A stretch of DNA of 63,806 nucleotides, filler included, from Octopus bimaculoides (lineage: Eukaryota): the NCBI RefSeq assembly GCF_001194135.2. It is 8 parts of 8 records of this genome, joined end to end, with 100 filler letters (N's around TTAATTAATTAA, not from the genome) between each part and the next. Parts side by side here need not be neighbours in the genome. Positions count along the whole stretch, not along the records: positions 61,015 to 62,632 come from NW_026403627.1; positions 62,733 to 63,806 come from NC_069005.1; 6 more parts are not named here. One strand, written 5' to 3'. The translations under genes were made by a program, and so were the position numbers. Positions 61,998 through 63,806 of the stretch are shown in pieces. The stretch's first letter is position 1. Every line of letters begins with the position of its first letter. Below the pieces are notes generated by a model, which ran no database searches, was not told where the DNA came from, and was given only the letters and a program-made list of their open reading frames with translations.

Positions 61998-62834
61998 AAT
62001 GTATGCCTTCAGTTTTGCAGACTGTAAGCTGTGATTTTAGAAAGATTTAACTACGTGGTCGAGCGATTACGTAAAAACGTCATCTAGCTCTAAGACAGCT
62101 AGTTATTTATTATGTTAAGTAGTTTATCCTTAGAATGAAGTCGCAGAACATCTCAAAAGAGAAATTTTGCATTGTGTAATCTTGAATTACATTCATTTAT
62201 CAAACACGCCATACTATTCCCGGCATATGCAGCTTTTTTTCTCAAATTAAATTTACTGAATACTAAAAATAAAGATCACATATGCAGCTAAAAACAAAAC
62301 CCTTACCATATTATTATTGTGTGACATTGCAGACAAGAAACGTTTATTGGTTAAAATACTTTAAAATTTGCAAAATTGAATGTTGTCAAAATGGATTACG
62401 CCATGTTGCTCGTAAATTTATGTCCTCTTCCAAAATATAATGTAGTATTGATAATTCAGTTTATCATTCGGGGAAAAAAAAACGAAAAAAAAAAATTATT
62501 TTTTCCTGTTAGTTTTCCTAAAATTGTTTGAAAATTTAGCTTTTATTTCATCGCGTGGCTTTTAGTTATATTCATGTGTTTATTTAGTTTAATATCTAAA
62601 CTTAAATTAAATGTTTAAAAAAAAAAAAAAAANNNNNNNNNNNNNNNNNNNNNNNNNNNNNNNNNNNNNNNNNNNNTTAATTAATTAANNNNNNNNNNNN
62701 NNNNNNNNNNNNNNNNNNNNNNNNNNNNNNNNACCATTTCGAGAGGGTGCTATTTCTTAATAGTTGTGTGGTAAGTAGCAAACAACAAGCAAAAAGAAAA
62801 AACGCAGCAAACAAGCAAAAAGAAAAAAATACCT

Positions 62835-63175
62835 TCTCTCTCTCTCTATCTCTCTCCCTCCCTTACACACACATGCCAGTTATCTCTCTTTCTTTCTTTC
62901 TCTCCTTCTCTCACACACACAGCAACATTACACACAAAACACATGTTGCCAAAAAGTAATAGACGCTATCTATTTATAGTGAGTATGCGAGACAGAAAGT
63001 GTGGTGTGTATGTGAAGTTCTTTTGTTAGTGTGAGAGAGCAGCATGTGTGTGTGTGAGACAGGGAGAGAGAGAAAGAAAGAAAGAAAGAAAGCAAGAAAG
63101 AAAGAGAGATAACTGGCATGTGTGTAAGGGAGGGAAAGAGATAGAGAGGGAGAGCGCGCTCTCTCTATCTCTTTC
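62835..63175. repeat. Microsatellite-built inverted repeat (arms ~62835-62922 and ~63044-63154) plus a nested palindrome 63134-63175
   Basis: Unique anchor ccctcccttacacac(ac)atgccagttatctctctttctttctt at 62856-62898 recurs inverted at 63094-63134. Confidence 0.85.
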
Positions 63176-63444
63176 GCGTTCTTTCCCAACACTTTTTATG
63201 GAAACAAACCCATGTGGTCTGATTTTCACGTTTCTAGGTATTGTGCCGTAAATCGCCATTTCCAAAATATATTTATTTTAAATCATTTATCCGTATTTAT
63301 CCGTATATATATGTAAGGCAAGATGTGTGTGTGTGTGTTTTGTTAATATACAGGCAACACACGCACACACATACAAACATGTATGCGTACAAAAATTATG
63401 TATGCAATTGGTGTACATACGTGAGTGTGTGTATGTGTGTGTTG

Positions 63445-63474
<30 letters not shown>

Positions 63475-63475
<1 letters not shown>

Positions 63476-63806
63476 CTTAATATATAAAGCTGAAGTTGTG
63501 TGTCTGTGTGAAGCCTTTTTAAAAGTTTATAGAAATCCACATTTTCCACTTTTTCGTAAAAATTTTTACATCAATGGAATTTTCTCGATGTGAACTTTCC
63601 AGTGCAGTAATTAGATTTTTAAAATTCCGTTTACTTTGTGTAATTTAAGGGAGATTTGGTTGTTGTTTCTAGCAACTTTTATATTTCTTCCCTTCTACCT
63701 GGAACAGCGTTCATACACACGCGTTCAACAGAGAAAGTGATACATACAACGTCATAGATTAAACTTTCTTCTCAGTATTCTTTACTTATTTTTCATAACA
63801 TTGATA
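63475..63806 (+). mobile_element. Possible non-autonomous Helitron 5' end
   Basis: A|TC start followed by ttaatatataaagctgaagttgtgtgtctgt, resembling animal Helitron 5' termini; 3' end lies outside the window. Confidence 0.45.

Overview
AT-rich, microsatellite-dense, gap-riddled eukaryotic scaffold. The SINE/LINE repertoire suggests a cephalopod, probably Octopus (inference from recalled repeat families, no search run). I found no recognisable host protein-coding gene, tRNA, rRNA or CRISPR array. The long ORFs in the track are microsatellite or N-gap read-throughs, or decayed transposon fragments. Supported content: over 25 copies or fragments of 3-4 tRNA-like SINE families; decayed non-LTR retrotransposons (two R4/Dong-like RLE, two RTE, one CR1/L2-like); three Penelope-like (PLE) RT/GIY-YIG remnants; several non-autonomous DNA elements (hAT MITEs with 8-bp TSDs, an internally deleted mariner, a 55-bp-TIR MITE, long fold-back elements); and seven artificial 100-bp contig joins containing TTAATTAATTAA. 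The most interesting signal is two type I hammerhead ribozyme motifs on the minus strand. One (43168-43248) lies just 3' of a Penelope GIY-YIG remnant. The other (56668-56729) lies in a repeated pseudo-LTR-like segment. Both have an extended helix II closed by a pyrimidine-pyrimidine mismatch and a (near-)palindromic helix III. More decayed relics nearby include a U3-A8 covariant core. A ~1.2-kb modular fold-back element and inverted SINE pairs are candidate long-dsRNA sources.
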